A stretch of DNA of 64,000 bases from Centroscyllium fabricii (taxonomy: Eukaryota): positions 65,348,001 through 65,412,000 of the forward strand of contig JBNRSN020000014.1 of assembly GCA_051313645.2 (NCBI GenBank). The letters are read 5' to 3'. The translations under genes were made by a program, and so were the position numbers. Shown in pieces: positions 36,575 to 49,487 of this stretch (its first letter is position 1; each line of letters begins with the position of its first letter). Under the pieces are notes generated by a model. It was given only the letters and a program-made list of their open reading frames with translations, was not told the origin of the DNA and did not search any database.

Positions 36575-39500
36575 TCCCCTGCCGCATCTTCACCATCCCC
36601 TCTGACCTTCCCCTCTCTGACCCCGAACGATCAGTCCTCAGCTAGGGCCTGAGCTTCATCCCCCTTACGCCCCCACCTCAATGAATTTCGAGCTCGGCAT
36701 GATGTTGAGCTGTTTTTCCGCCGCCTTCGTCTCCGTGCCCACTTCCTTGACCAGGAGTCTTCCCCGCCCACAGCTGACCCTTTCTCCCATTTCCAAAATT
36801 CTCATTCAACTTGGACCACTCCCCCTGGCCTCTTACCCTCTCTGGATCTTTCATCGCTAACTGCCGCCACGACGTCAGCCGTCTCTATTTCTCCGCTCCC
36901 CTCACTCACTCCAACCTACCTCCCTCTGAACTTGCAGCACTTCATTCCCTCAGATCCAACCCCAACATTGTCAATAACCTGCTGACAAGGGTGGTGCTGT
37001 TGTTGTTTGGAGAACTGACCTCTACCGAGCGGAAGCTGAACGCCAACTCTCTGACACCTCCTCCTACCTCCACCTGGACCATAACCCCACCGCCGAACAT
37101 CAAACCACCGTTTCCACGACTGTCACTGACCTCATCTCCTCTGGAGATCTTTCCCCCCCACCGCGGCCACCTCGTAGTTCCCCAACCCTGCACAGCCCAC
37201 TTCTACCTCCTTCCCAAGATCCACAAACAGGGCTACCCTGGTAGACCCATCGTTTCAGCCTGTTCTTGCCCCACGGAACTTATCTCTTCCTATCTCAACT
37301 CTATCTTTTCACCCCTTGTCCAGTCTCTTTCTACCTACATCCGCGACTCTTCGGACGCCCTTCGCCACTTTAAGATTTCAGTTTCCCAGCCCCAACTGCC
37401 TCCTTTTCACTATGGACGTACAATCCCTCTACACCTCCATTCCCCACCAGGATGGCCTGAGGGCACTCCGCTTCTTCCTTGAACAGAGGCCCAACCAGTC
37501 CCCATCCACCACCAGCCTCCTCTGCCTGGCTGAACTTGTTCTCACATTGAACAACTTCACTTTTGACTCCACTTATTTCCTCCATATCAAAGGTGTTGCT
37601 ATGGGTGCCCGCATGGGTCCTAGCTATGCCTGCCTTTTCGTGGGATATGTGGAAAACTCTTTGTTCCAGTCCTACTCGGGTCCCCTCCCTCACCTCTTTT
37701 TCCGATACATTGATGACTGTATCGGTGCCGTTTCCTGCTCTCGCCCTGAACTAGATAAGTTCATTCACTTTGCCTCCAATTTCCACCCTTCTCTCACCTT
37801 CACATGGTCCATCTCCGACACTTCCCTTCCCATCCTCGACATCTCCGTCTCTGTCTCTGGGGATAGGTTATTGACCAACATTCACTACAAGCCCACTGAC
37901 TCCCACAGCTATCTGGACTACACTTCCTCCCACCCCGCCTCCTGTAAGGACTCTATTCCATTCTCCCAGTTTCTCCATCTCTGCCGCATCTGCTCCGCCG
38001 ATGCCCCCTTCCACACCAGTGCTTCCAATATGTCTTCCTTTTTTCTCAACTGAGGATTCCTCTCTACTGTGGTTGACATGGCCCTCGACCGGGTCCGTTC
38101 AATCTCCCACACTTCTGCCCTCACCTCTGCCCCTCCCTCCCGCAACCACGATAGAGTTCCCCTTGTCCTCACCTTTCACCCCACCAGCCTCCACATTCAA
38201 CGGATCATCCTCTGCCATTACCGCCATCTCCAACGTAATCTTACCACCAAACGCATCTTCCCCTCCCCTTTCAGCATTCCATAGGGACCGCTCCCTCCGA
38301 GACACCCTAGTACACTCCTCCATTACCCCCAGCATCCCCTCCCCTTCGCCCGGCACCTTTCCGTGCAAGTGCAGGAGATGCAACACCTGCCCTTACACCT
38401 CCCCACTTCCCACTGTCCAGGGCCCCAAACACCCCTTCCAGGTCAAACAGTGATTTACTTGTACTTACATAGAACATAGAACATAGAACATACAGCACTG
38501 TACAGGCCCTTGGGCCCTCAATGTAGTGCCGCCCTTAGTCCATCTCTGATTTTTCCTTTCCCCCCTACTGTTCCTTCCCCTCCATGTACCTGTCTATCAT
38601 CCTTTTAAAAGCACCCAGACTGTCCGCATCCACTATTTCAGATGGTAGCCTATTCCATTCCCCGACCACTCTCTGTGTAAAGAACCTGCCCCTGCCATCC
38701 CTTCTGAATCTTCCTCCTTGAATCTTGTGCTCTTGTCCTCTTGTTGACGTTCTTCCCGCCCGGGGAAACAGTCTTTGCACGTTTACTCTATCGATCCCCT
38801 TCATCATTTTAAACATCTCTATCAAGTCCCCCCTCTTCCTTCTCCGTTCCAGGGAGAAGAGTCCCAGCTCCCTCAACCTCTCCCCATATGACCTTCCTCC
38901 CATTCCCGGCAGCATCCTGGTGAATCTCCTCTGCACCCTCTCCAGCGCCTCCACATCTCTCCTGTAGTACGGTGCCCAGAACTGCACACAGTACTCCACG
39001 TGTGGCCTCACCAGTGACCTGTACAGCTGCAGCATGACCTCCCGGTTCTTAAACTCTATTCCCCTGTTGATGAAGGCCAATACACCATAGGCCTTTTTCA
39101 CTGCTTTGTCCACCTGGGTGGCAGCCTTCAGTGATCTGTGTACATATACTCCCAGATCCCTTTGCTCCTCTGCTTCACTCAGGATTCTACCATTGACCCT
39201 ATATTCCCTCTTCCTATTTGCCCTGCCGAAGTGCATCACCTCGCATTTCCCCGTGTTGAACTCCATTTGCCATTCTTCAGCCCAGCTCTGCATCCTGTCT
39301 ATATCCCTCTGAATCTTTCTACCTCCTTCCTCCTCATCCACTTCTCCCCCTATCTTTGTGTCGTCCGCAAACTTGCTGACCCACCCCTCAGTCCCCTCCT
39401 CCAAGTCATTGATGAAGATTACAAACAGTAGTGGCCCCAACACCGACCCCTGTGGTACCCCACTGGTGACCGGTCTCCAGCCCGAGTATTGGCCTTCTAC

Positions 39501-40287
39501 CACTACCCTCTGCTTCCTTTGAGCCAGCCAGTTCTCAATCCATCCCACCACTTTGTTGCTTACCCCGCATCTCCTTACTTTCCTCATAAGTCGATTCTTG
39601 CCATCTAGTATACTATATTCACTGCTCACGATGTGGGCTCCTCTACATTGGGGAGACCAAATGCAGATTGGGTGACTGCTTTGCGGAACACCTCCTTTCA
39701 GTCCGTAAGGGGGACCGTGAGCTCCCGGTCGCCTGTCACTTTAATTCACCACTCCACTCCCACTCTGATCTCTCTGTCCTTGGCCTATTACATTGTTCCT
39801 CGGAAGCTCAGCGAAAACTCGAGGAACAACACCTCATCTTCCGATTAGGCACTTTACAGCCCTCCGTACACAATATCGAGTTCAACAATTTCAGATCATA
39901 ACTTCGGTCCCCATTATATTTTTACCTATTTTTATCCACACCTTTTATTTGGCCTTTTTTTTCCTTCTCTCTCGCAGCAGCCCCCTCCCATTCTGCCAGT
40001 GCTTTTCATGCCTAATCTACAGCTGTCTCCTGTCCACAGCCCCATCAGCATTGAATACCTCTTAACGTCTTTTCTCTTTATTCTCTCTTCTCTTTTGTTT
40101 TCTGTTCCCTCCCAGCTCCCCCTGCCTTCCTACCTGTTTCATTTCCTGGCTTTAGTCTTGACAAAGGGATTGAACCCGAAACATCGACTCTATATTTCTC
40201 TTCACGAATGTTGCCTGACCTGCTGAGTTTTTCCAGCATTTTCTGTTGTTATTTCAGATTTCCAACATCTGCAGTATTTTGCTATCG
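36575..40287 (+). mobile_element. Penelope-like element (RT plus GIY-YIG), frameshifted, split by CR1
   Basis: FYLLPKIHK...GRPIVS, MDVQSLYTSIP, GVAMG, FRYIDD, HYKPTD; LVYYIHCSRCGLLYIGET; flanking 12-bp direct repeat TCTATAGTGTGT (36563-36574/40288-40299). Confidence 0.92.
38467..39595 (-). mobile_element. 5'-truncated CR1 LINE with open RT frame
   Basis: GVPQGSVLGP, FADD, RPHVEYC; (TTCTATG)n tail; same subfamily as 55490-55870. Confidence 0.92.
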
Positions 40288-40956
40288 TCTATAGTGTGTG
40301 TCTTTGGTACATGAGCTACAAAGTTATAAATTCAGGATCGTGTGTGCAACGAATGATGGAGGTTTCCAAAATAAGGGAGTCATTATTCAGTGTATATTAT
40401 TGTCCAGCGATGTAGCTGCAGCTATTTGCACAGAATTCCACCGGAGCAGCAAGCAAGTTATTAAATAAAAGTCTGGGTGATTGATTTTCTTTTGACATAG
40501 TTTTAGATCTTGTCACAATACACTGATAATAAATGTTTCCAGCTACCTCAATGACTTGATGGATAAATGTTCCAAGTGGTGTGGTACGGAGTTCCAGCCC
40601 TCAATTTGAGATTATTGGCAGGAGAACTGCAAACATCGCAATTCTTTACATAGCAACTTACTAAACAAAAATGTGTCCTTAATAATTTATCTTTTAATTA
40701 AGTGAGAAGTAGCATTTCAGCTAATCCAGCAGGATCACCATTGTCTAGGCAGGATGAGGGAAGTGCAACTGTGGGCTCCCAATCTCTTGACTGCAGCGCA
40801 TGATATAGTCACTGATGAAATAGGCTCACTGTCACTACAGCTGACCCAGCAACACGCCTTGTTTAAACGAGTGGGCTGACCCACTAGAAGGAAATTTGGG
40901 AATAAACTAATATTTCAGAAAGGATAGGAGAATGTTAAAACACCACTAAAAGGTGA

Positions 40957-41530
40957 GTTGTCCAAGGCCTCGTCATGGATTTTGATAATTGGGGGGCAAT
41001 ACTGTGTGGTGGGACCAGGTTGGTAAAGGACGTTTGTCTTACGGATGTTTAGTGTAAGGCCCATGCTCTCGTATGCTTCGGCGAAGATGTTGACGATGGT
41101 TTGGAGTTCGACCTCCGAGGTGCGCAGACGCAAGCATCGTCTACTCGGAGCTCCGACACGGCAAGAAAGCCCCAGGTGGTCAGATGAAATGCTTCAAGGA
41201 CACACTCAAAGCCTTCAAGAAAAAGTGCAAGATCCCCACTGACACCTGGGAATCCCTGGCCCAAGACCGCACAAAGTGGAGGAGAAGCATCCAGGAAGGC
41301 GCCAAACACCTCGAGTCTCTTTGCCGGGAGAAGGCAGAAGCCAAGCACTGGCAGCGCAAGGAGCGCGTGTCAACCCAAGCACCCCACCCACCCTCCCCTT
41401 CAACCACCATCTGCTCAACCTGTGACAGAGACTGTAGGTCCCGCATTGGACTCATCAGTCACCCGAGAACTCATTTTTAATGTGGAAGCAAGTCATCCTC
41501 GGTTCCGAGGGTCTGCTTAAGAAGCCTAAG
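40957..41530. mobile_element. RTE-clade LINE 3' end with inverted 5' segment
   Basis: Minus: ELQTIVNIFAEAYESMGLTLNIRKT; plus: GGQMKCFKDTLK...CSTCDRDCRSRIGLISH; junction ~41140. Confidence 0.82.
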
Positions 41531-42711
41531 AAGAGAAGAAAATGTGAGTTCTATATCTTGAAAGTGTCACTGGAATCTATCATCAGAGACAGAGTAATTG
41601 AGCACTTGTACAAGTATGAGCTAATCAAAGAGAGAATTAGTTACATTATTTGAGGGGGTCATTAGCATGGTGGATAGGGATGTTGTCTGCATGGATTTCC
41701 AGAAGGCATTTGATAAATTCTGCACAAGAGATTACATAGAATTACATGGAACTCACAGCTCAGAAACAGGCCATTCGGCCCAACTGGTCCACGTTGGTGT
41801 TTATGCTCCACAAGAGCCTCCTCCCACCCTTCTTCATCTCACCCTATCGGCATATTCTTCTGGTCCTTTCTCCCTCATGTACTTACCTAGCTTCCCTTGA
41901 AATGCATCTATGCTATCCGCCTTAACCACTTGTTAACTGGTAGCAAGTCCCATGTTCTAACCATTCTCTGGTTAAAAAAGTTTCTCCTGAATTGTTACTG
42001 ACAAATGAAAGCACAAAGAACTGAAGGTTAGCTCGTGATATGGGTTGGTAATTGGTTGGGAGGTAGAATCATAGAGAATCATACAATCATAAAATAGTAC
42101 AGCACAGAAGGAGGCCATTGGCCCATCGAGTCTGCGCCGACTCTTTCAAAGAGCAATCCAGTTAGTTCTACTCCCTGCTCCTTCCCCATATCCTTCAAAT
42201 ATTTACCCAATTCCCTTTTGAAGGCTACTATTGAATATGTATGCACCATGCTATCAGGCAGCGTATTCCAAATCCTAACCACTCGTTGCGTAAAAATGGT
42301 TTTCCTCATGTCGCCCCTGGTTCTTTTGCCAATCACCTTCAATCTGTGCCCTCTGGTTATCGACCCTTCAGCCATTGGAAACAGTTTCTCTTTATTTACT
42401 CTATCTACATCCTTCATGATTTTAAACACTGACGTATCGTTAATCAAGACAAGAAAGACGAGTAGTTACCTTAACTATAGGCTTTTATTAACTTATAATG
42501 GCGCTAGTCTCCAGTCGAGTTCAAGGCGAGAATCAGCGGGGGCAGGGCGGCCCTCACCTATAAGCTCCCACCTGAGGTGAGGAGTTAGAGGTGTGGCTGA
42601 CCTGGCCTTACATACAGTATACAGGTGAATACATCCATATGTGACCCCACAGTGTACAAGGCCCGCTGATGAACCCACAACTATATACAGATGGTAATGA
42701 CGGTTACCACA
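41296..42711 (+). repeat. 1.4-kb direct duplication, copy 1
   Basis: Colinear with 47791-49208 (RTE end, CR1 fragments, LTR) with few differences. Confidence 0.93.
42070..42429 (-). mobile_element. CR1 3' fragment (duplicated at 48567-48926, continuing at 49209-49460)
   Basis: VFKIMK...TRGHRLKV...FTQRVV; upstream part LYKTLVQPQLEYC resumes after the LTR at 49209. Confidence 0.85.
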
Positions 42712-43801
42712 TTCACCACTTCTTTAAAAACAAGTCCGGCGGGGTGAACGAGAGAAGAGAGCAGTAACAAAACATTTTTTTAAGTGTCCGTTTGCACTGC
42801 GCTATCAGTATCTCCGGCAGTCGTGTCTGCCTCGAGGACCGCTGGGGTTCCGGTAACGGTGCTGGTGCCGGTTGCAGTGCCGGGATCGGGCTCTCCGCCA
42901 GCGGTGCCTGCGGTGCGGTGTCCGATCCTGGGTCATTGATCGGTGTTGTCGAGGGCCCCGGTGTGTGTGTGTATGAGGGCCAGTAGTCGGTGGGTGGTGG
43001 CTGGTCGGGCTGAGGCTCGACCGGGGGTTCTGCTCTGGTGCTCCCGGCGGGCGCCAGGTCCCTGATCGAGACCGTGACCTCGCGCCCGGCCGGGAATGTC
43101 ACGTAGGCATACTGTGGGTTGGCGTGCAGCAGATGCACCCGTTCCACCAGGGGGTCGGTCTTGTGGCCGCGGACGTGTTTTCTAAGCAACACCGGCCCCT
43201 GCGCCGTGAGCCACAGCGGGAGTGCTGTCCCCGAAGTCGACTTCCTGGGGAAGGAAAATAACAAGTCGTGAGGTGTTGAATTCGTAGCGGTACACAACAG
43301 AGAGCGAATGGCATGGAGCGCGTCTGGGAGGAACTCCTCACAACGGGAAACTGGAAGGCCTCTGGACTTCAGGCCCAGGTTGACCGCCTTCCAGATAGTC
43401 CCGTTCTCCCTTTCTACCTGGCCGTTCCCCCGGGGGTTGTAACTGGTCGTTCTGCTTGAGGCAACCCCTTTCTGAAGCAGAAATTGACGCAGTTCGTCGC
43501 TCATGAACGATGACCCCCGGTCGCTATGGATGTAGCTGGGGAGACCGAAAATGGCGAACAGCGTGGTGAAGTGTTTGATCACCGTTGCGCTCATCATGTC
43601 TGGGCAGGGGAAGGCGAAGGGGAACCGTGAGAACTCGACTATGACTGTGAGGAAATACGAGTTGCGGTCAGTGGAGGGGAGGGGGCCTTTGAAGTCCACG
43701 CTCAGACATTCAAAGGGGCGGGTGGCCTTGATGATGTGCGCTGTGTCAGGCCTGTAAAATTGGTGTTTGCACTCGGCACAGACAGGGCACTCTTTGGTCA
43801 T

Positions 43802-46056
43802 TGTGGTAACCGTATTGTACATAGCTTACCACTGTAATATTGTCGCCAATATTGGCTGTGTATGTTACACTGTTTTACAACACTGTCGTGGAGCCAGGTC
43901 AGCCACACCTCTAACTCCTCCCCCAGGTGAGGCCCTTTATAGGTGAGGACTGACCAGGCTCCCTCATTCTGTTCTGGATGTTCGTTCGGAGTGTAGCTCC
44001 AAAGTTAGTTAATAAAAGCCTGTAGTTTAAGGTCACTACTCGTCGAGGTCTTTTATTAAGAGAATTGGGACAAGGCTAGACCACTCCTCAAGGCTGCCGT
44101 CTTCCCCCTCTCGGTAGAAGCCCAAACGGCATTCGCCCGGAAAAAGGAAGACATCATCAAGGCGACCATGCACGCCGTTGATGAATCCATTTCCTTCCAG
44201 GTGGAGAGTGACGCTTCGGACTTTGCCCTTGCCGCCACCCTGAATCAGGCAGGCAGGCCCGTAGCGTTTTTCTCCCGCACCTTACAGGGACCCGAAATTC
44301 GCCACTCTGCAGTGGAAAAGGAGGCCCAGGTCATCGTGGAGGCCGTGCGCTACTGGCATCATTACCTGGCCGGTAAGCGTTTTACCCTTCTCACCGACCA
44401 ACGGTCGGTGGCGTTTATGTTTAATAATAAACAGAAGGGTAAGATCAAGAATGATAAGATCCTGCGGTGGCGGATCGAGCTCTCGACTTACGAGTATGAC
44501 ATTCTTTACCGACCAGGTAAACTCAATGAACCCCCGGACGCACTGTCCAGGGGAACGTGCGCCAGTGCCCAGCTAGACCGGCTGAAGGATCTCCACGATC
44601 GCCTCTGTCACCCGGGTGTCACCAGACTCGCCCACTTCATTAGATCCCGTAGCCTCCCCTACTCCATCACGGAGATCAAGGCTATGACCCGAGAGTGCCC
44701 TGTTTGCGCCGAGTGCAAACCCCAATTTTTCCGGCCAGACACGGTGCACCTAATTAAGGCCACCCGCCCCTTTGAACATCTAAGCATGGACTTCAAAGGC
44801 CCCCTCCCCACCACCGACCGCAACTCATACTTCCTCACGGTCGTAGATGAGTTCTCCCGCTTCCCCTTCGCCTTCCCCTGCTCAGATATGACGAGCGCGA
44901 CGGTGATAAAACACTTCACCACGCTGTTCGCCATTTTCGGTCTCCCCAGCTACATCCATAGCGACCGGGGGTCATCGTTCATGAGCGATGAACTGCGTCA
45001 GTTTCTGCTCCAGAAAGGGGTTGCCTCGAGCAGAACGACCAGTTATAACCCCCGGGGGAACGGCCAGGTAGAAAGGGAGAATGGGATCATCTGGAAGGCG
45101 GTCACCCTGGCTCTGAAGTCCAGAGGACTTCCAGTGTCCCATTTGCAGGCAGTCCTCCCAGACGCGCTGCATTCGATATGCTCTCTACTGTGTACGGCCA
45201 CTAACGCCACCCCTCATGACTTGATGTTTTCCTTTCCCAGGAAGTCGACTTCGGGGACAGCCCTTCCTCCAGGGCTCACGACACTGGGGCCGGTCTTCCT
45301 TAGAAGACATGTCCGTGGCCACAAGACCGACCCCCTGGTGGACAAGGTGCAGCTCCTGCATGCGAATCCCCAATACGCCTACGTGCATTTCCCGGACGGG
45401 CGCGAGGACACCGTCTCCATCAGGGACCTGGCGCCCGCCGGAAGCACCACAGCAGAGCCCCTGGTCGGGCAGCAGCCCGCCCAGCCACAGTATTTGGAAC
45501 ACCCCCTGCATCTACAGTGGCCTCCGAGGTATCCTGAGCCCCAGCCGTGGCCAGCCCAAGACCACCGTTCCGATGGCTCGGATCAACTGAGACCACCAGC
45601 ATCCAAAATTTCGGCACCAGCGCCACTGTCACCACCACCGGACCCGAGCGGGACGGAACATAAGGAACTTTTACCAGAGCCCCAGTGGTCCTCCAGACAG
45701 ACACAACCGCCGGAGAAGCTTATAATGAACTGCTCTGTCCATTCACCCCGCCGGACTTAAATTTTCAAGAAGGGGTGAATGTGGTAACCGTATTGTACAT
45801 AGCTTACCACTGTAATATTGTCGCCAATATTGGCTGTGTATGTTACACTGTTTTACAACACTGTCGTGGAGCCAGGTCAGCCACACCTCTAACTCCTCCC
45901 CCAGGTGAGGCCCTTTATAGGTGAGGACTGACCAGGCTCCCTCATTCTGTTCTGGATGTTCGTTCGGAGTGTAGCTCCAAAGTTAGTTAATAAAAGCCTG
46001 TAGTTTAAGGTCACTACTTGTCGAGGTCTTTTATTAAGAGAATTGACAATACGTCA
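43802..46056 (+). mobile_element. Nested, internally deleted Mag-type Gypsy (subfamily D)
   Basis: LTRs 43802-~44066 (truncated) and 45780-46056 nearly identical; TSD GTCAT; open RNase H-IN frame 44168-45760. Confidence 0.92.
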
Positions 46057-47790
46057 GTCATAGCCTTAATCTCCGTGCTGGAGTAGGGGAGGCTACGGGA
46101 TTTGACGAAGTGGGCGAGTCTGGTGACACCCGGGTGGCAGAGACGATCATGGAGGGCCTTCAGCCGGTCCAGCTGGGCGCTGGCGCACGTTCCCCTGGAC
46201 AGTGCGTCCGGGGGGTGGTTGAGTTTGCCTGGACGGTAAAGAATGTCGTACTCGTAAGTCGAGAGTTCGATCTGCCACCGAAGGATCTTATCATTCTTGA
46301 TTTTACCCCGTTGTTTATTATTAAACATAAACGCTACCGACTGTTGGTCGGTGAGCAGGGTAAAATGCTTACCGGCCAGGTAATGACGTCAGTAGCGCAC
46401 TGGCTCCACGATGGCCTGGGCCTCCTTTTCCACTGCTGAGTGGCGAATTTCGGGTCCCTGTAGGGTCTGGGAGAAAAACGCTATGGGCCTGCCTGCCTAG
46501 TTCAGGGTGGCAGCAAGGGCGAAGTCCGAAGCATCACTCTCCACCTGGAAAGGGATGGACTCATCAACGGCGTGCATGGTCGCCTTGATAATGTCTTCCT
46601 TAATCTGGGAGAATGCTGTTTGGGCTTCTACCTGGAGGGGAAAGACGTCGGCCATGAGGAGAGGTCTGGCCTTATCCGCGTACTGGGGGACCAATTGCGC
46701 GTAATAAGAAAAGAACCCTAGACATCTCCTCAGGGCTTTGGGGTTGTGAGGTAAGGGCAGCTCTTGCAAGGGGTGCATACGCTGTGGGTCGGGGCCGAGG
46801 ACCCTGTTTTCCACCACGTATCCGAGGATAGCGAGCCGATCTGTACTAAAGACACACTTGTCTTTATTGTACGTGAGATCTAGCCATTTCGCCGTGTGCA
46901 GAAATTTGGCGAGGTTGGCATCGTGGTCCTGATGGTCATGGCTGCAAATGGTCACGTTGTCCAGGTAGGGGAAGGTGGTCTGCAACCCGTTTTGGTCAAC
47001 CATGCGGTCCATCTCCTTTTGGAACACTGACACTCCGTTGCTCACGCCAAACGGGTCCCAGAGGAAGTGGTAGAGCCAGCCGTTCACCTCGAAGGCGGTG
47101 TACTGGCGGTCGGATTTCCGAATGGGGAGTTGGTGATACGCTGACTTAAGGTCGATTGTTGAAAAGACCTTGTACTGGGTGATCTGGTTTACAATATCCA
47201 AGATACGGGGGATGGGGTAGGCGTCGAGCCCGGTGTAGCGGTTAATCGTCTGGCTATAGTCAATGACCATGCGCAGCTTCTCGCCCGTCTTAACCACCAT
47301 GACCTGGGCCCACCAGGGGCTGGTGCTGGCCTCAATGATCCCTTCTTTCAGCATGCGCTCGACCTCCGACATGATAAACGCCCGGTCCCCTGCACTGTAA
47401 CGCCGACTCTTAGTAGCAATGGGCTTGCATTTGGTATCAAGGTTGGTGAACAGTGAGGGGGGGTCGACTTTCAGGATGGATAGGCCGCAAGTCGAACTCC
47501 GCTTTAAGTAGGGATTGTCCCGGCTACTGACGGTGAGGGGGGCCAGGGTCCAACCGAAACCCATTGTAACGCTCTTCCGCTGACCCGCGACGAGAGGACT
47601 TGGAGTTTGTCCTCATCGCTTGTTGCCTTTGCGGCTTTCATGTAGGCCTCGACCAGGCCGAACCAGTGTTCAAAATTGTTAGCAGCATCGGGTGCCTGAG
47701 GATTTATATCGAGGCGATTCGGTTTCACTGCGTTACTCTCCATTTTAAAGATAAGTTAATAAAATTGACGTATCATCAATCAAGACAAGA

Positions 47791-49208
47791 AAGGCGCCAA
47801 ATACCTCGAGTCTCTTTGCCGGGAGAAGGCAGAAGCCAAGCGCAGGCAGCGCAAGGAGCGCATGTCAACCCAAGCACCCCACCCACCCTCCCCTTCAACC
47901 ACCATCTGCTCAACCTGTGACAGAGACTGTAGGTCTCGCACTGGACTCATCAGTCACCCGAGAACTCATTTTTAATGTGGAAGCAAGTCATCCTCGGTTC
48001 TGAAGGTCTGCTTAAGAAGCCTAAGAAGAGAAGAAAATGTGAGTTCTATATCTTGAAAGTGTCACTGGAATCTATCATCAGAGACAGAGTAATTGAGCAC
48101 TTGTACAAAAGTATGAGCTAATCAAAGAGAGAATTAGTTACATTATTTGAGGGGGTCATTAGCATGGTGGATAGGGATGTTGTCTGCATGGATTTCCAGA
48201 AGGCATTTGATAAATTCTGCACGAGAGATTACATAGAATTACATGGAACTCACAGCTCAGAAACAGGCCATTCGGCCCAACTGGTCCACGTTGGTGTTTA
48301 TGCTCCACAAGAGCCTCCTCCCACCCTTCTTCATCTCACCCTATCGGCATATTCTTCTGGTCCTTTCTCCCTCATGTACTTACCTAGCTTCCCTTGAAAT
48401 GCATCTATGCTATCCGCCTTAACCACTTGTTAACTGGTAGCAAGTCCCATGTTCTAACCATTCTCTGGTTAAAAAAGTTTCTCCTGAATTGTTACTGACA
48501 AATGAAAGCACAAAGAACTGAAGGTTAGCTCGTGACATGGGTTGGTAATTGGTTGGGAGGTAGAATCATAGAGAATCATACAATCATAAAATAGTACAGC
48601 ACAGAAGGAGGCCATTGGCCCATCGAGTCTGCGCTGACTCTTTCAAAGAGCAATCCAGTTAGTTCTACTCCCTGCTCCTTCCCCATATCCTTCAAATATT
48701 TACCCAATTCCCTTTTGAAGGCTACTATTGAATATGTATGCACCATGCTATCAGGCAGCGTATTCCAAATCCTAGCCACTCGTTGCGTAAAAATGGTTTT
48801 CCTCATGTCGCCCCTGGTTCTTTTGCCAATCACCTTCAATCTGTGTCCTCTGGTTATCGACCCTTCAGCCATTGGAAACAGTTTCTCTTTATTTACTCTG
48901 TCTAAACCCTTCATGATTTTAAACACTGACGTATCGTCAATCAAGACAAGAAAGACGAGTAGTTACCTTAACTATAGGCTTTTATTAACTTATAATGGAG
49001 CTAGTCTCCAGTCGAGTTCAAGGCGAGAATGAGCGGGGGCAGGTCGGCCCTCACCTATAAGCTCCCACTTGAGGGGAGGAGTTAGAGGTGTGGCTGACCT
49101 GGCCTTACATACAGTATACAGGTGAATACATCCATATGTGACCCCACAGTGTACAAGGCCCTCTGATGAACCCACAACTATATACAGATGGTAATGACGG
49201 TTACCACA
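47791..49208 (+). repeat. 1.4-kb direct duplication, copy 2
   Basis: Begins at AAG microhomology within the LTR stub; matches 41296-42711. Confidence 0.93.
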
Positions 49209-49487
49209 AACACCTTTATCAAATCTCCTCTTAGCCTTCTCTGCTCTAAGGAGAACATCCCCAGCTTCTCTAATCTATCCACGTATCTGTAATCCCTCAT
49301 CCCCGGAATCATTCTAGCAAATCTCCTCTGTACCCTCTCCAAAGCCTTCTCATTCTTCCTAAAGTGTGGTGCCCAGAATTGGACACAATACTCCAGCTGG
49401 GGCTGAACTAATGTTTTATATAGGTTCAGCATATCTTCCTAGCTTTGTACTGCCTCTATAAGCCCATATGCTTTATTCACTGATTCG

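Larger units (their letters stand above)
42430..49208 (-). mobile_element. Mag-type Gypsy (subfamily B), internally deleted, with nested element and duplication
   Basis: LTRs 42430-42711 and 48927-49208, LTR stub 47766-47793; TSD AACAC; gag start MESNAVKP at 47743 fused by deletion to late protease; RT/RH 46057-47564; IN 42713-43801. Confidence 0.9.
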
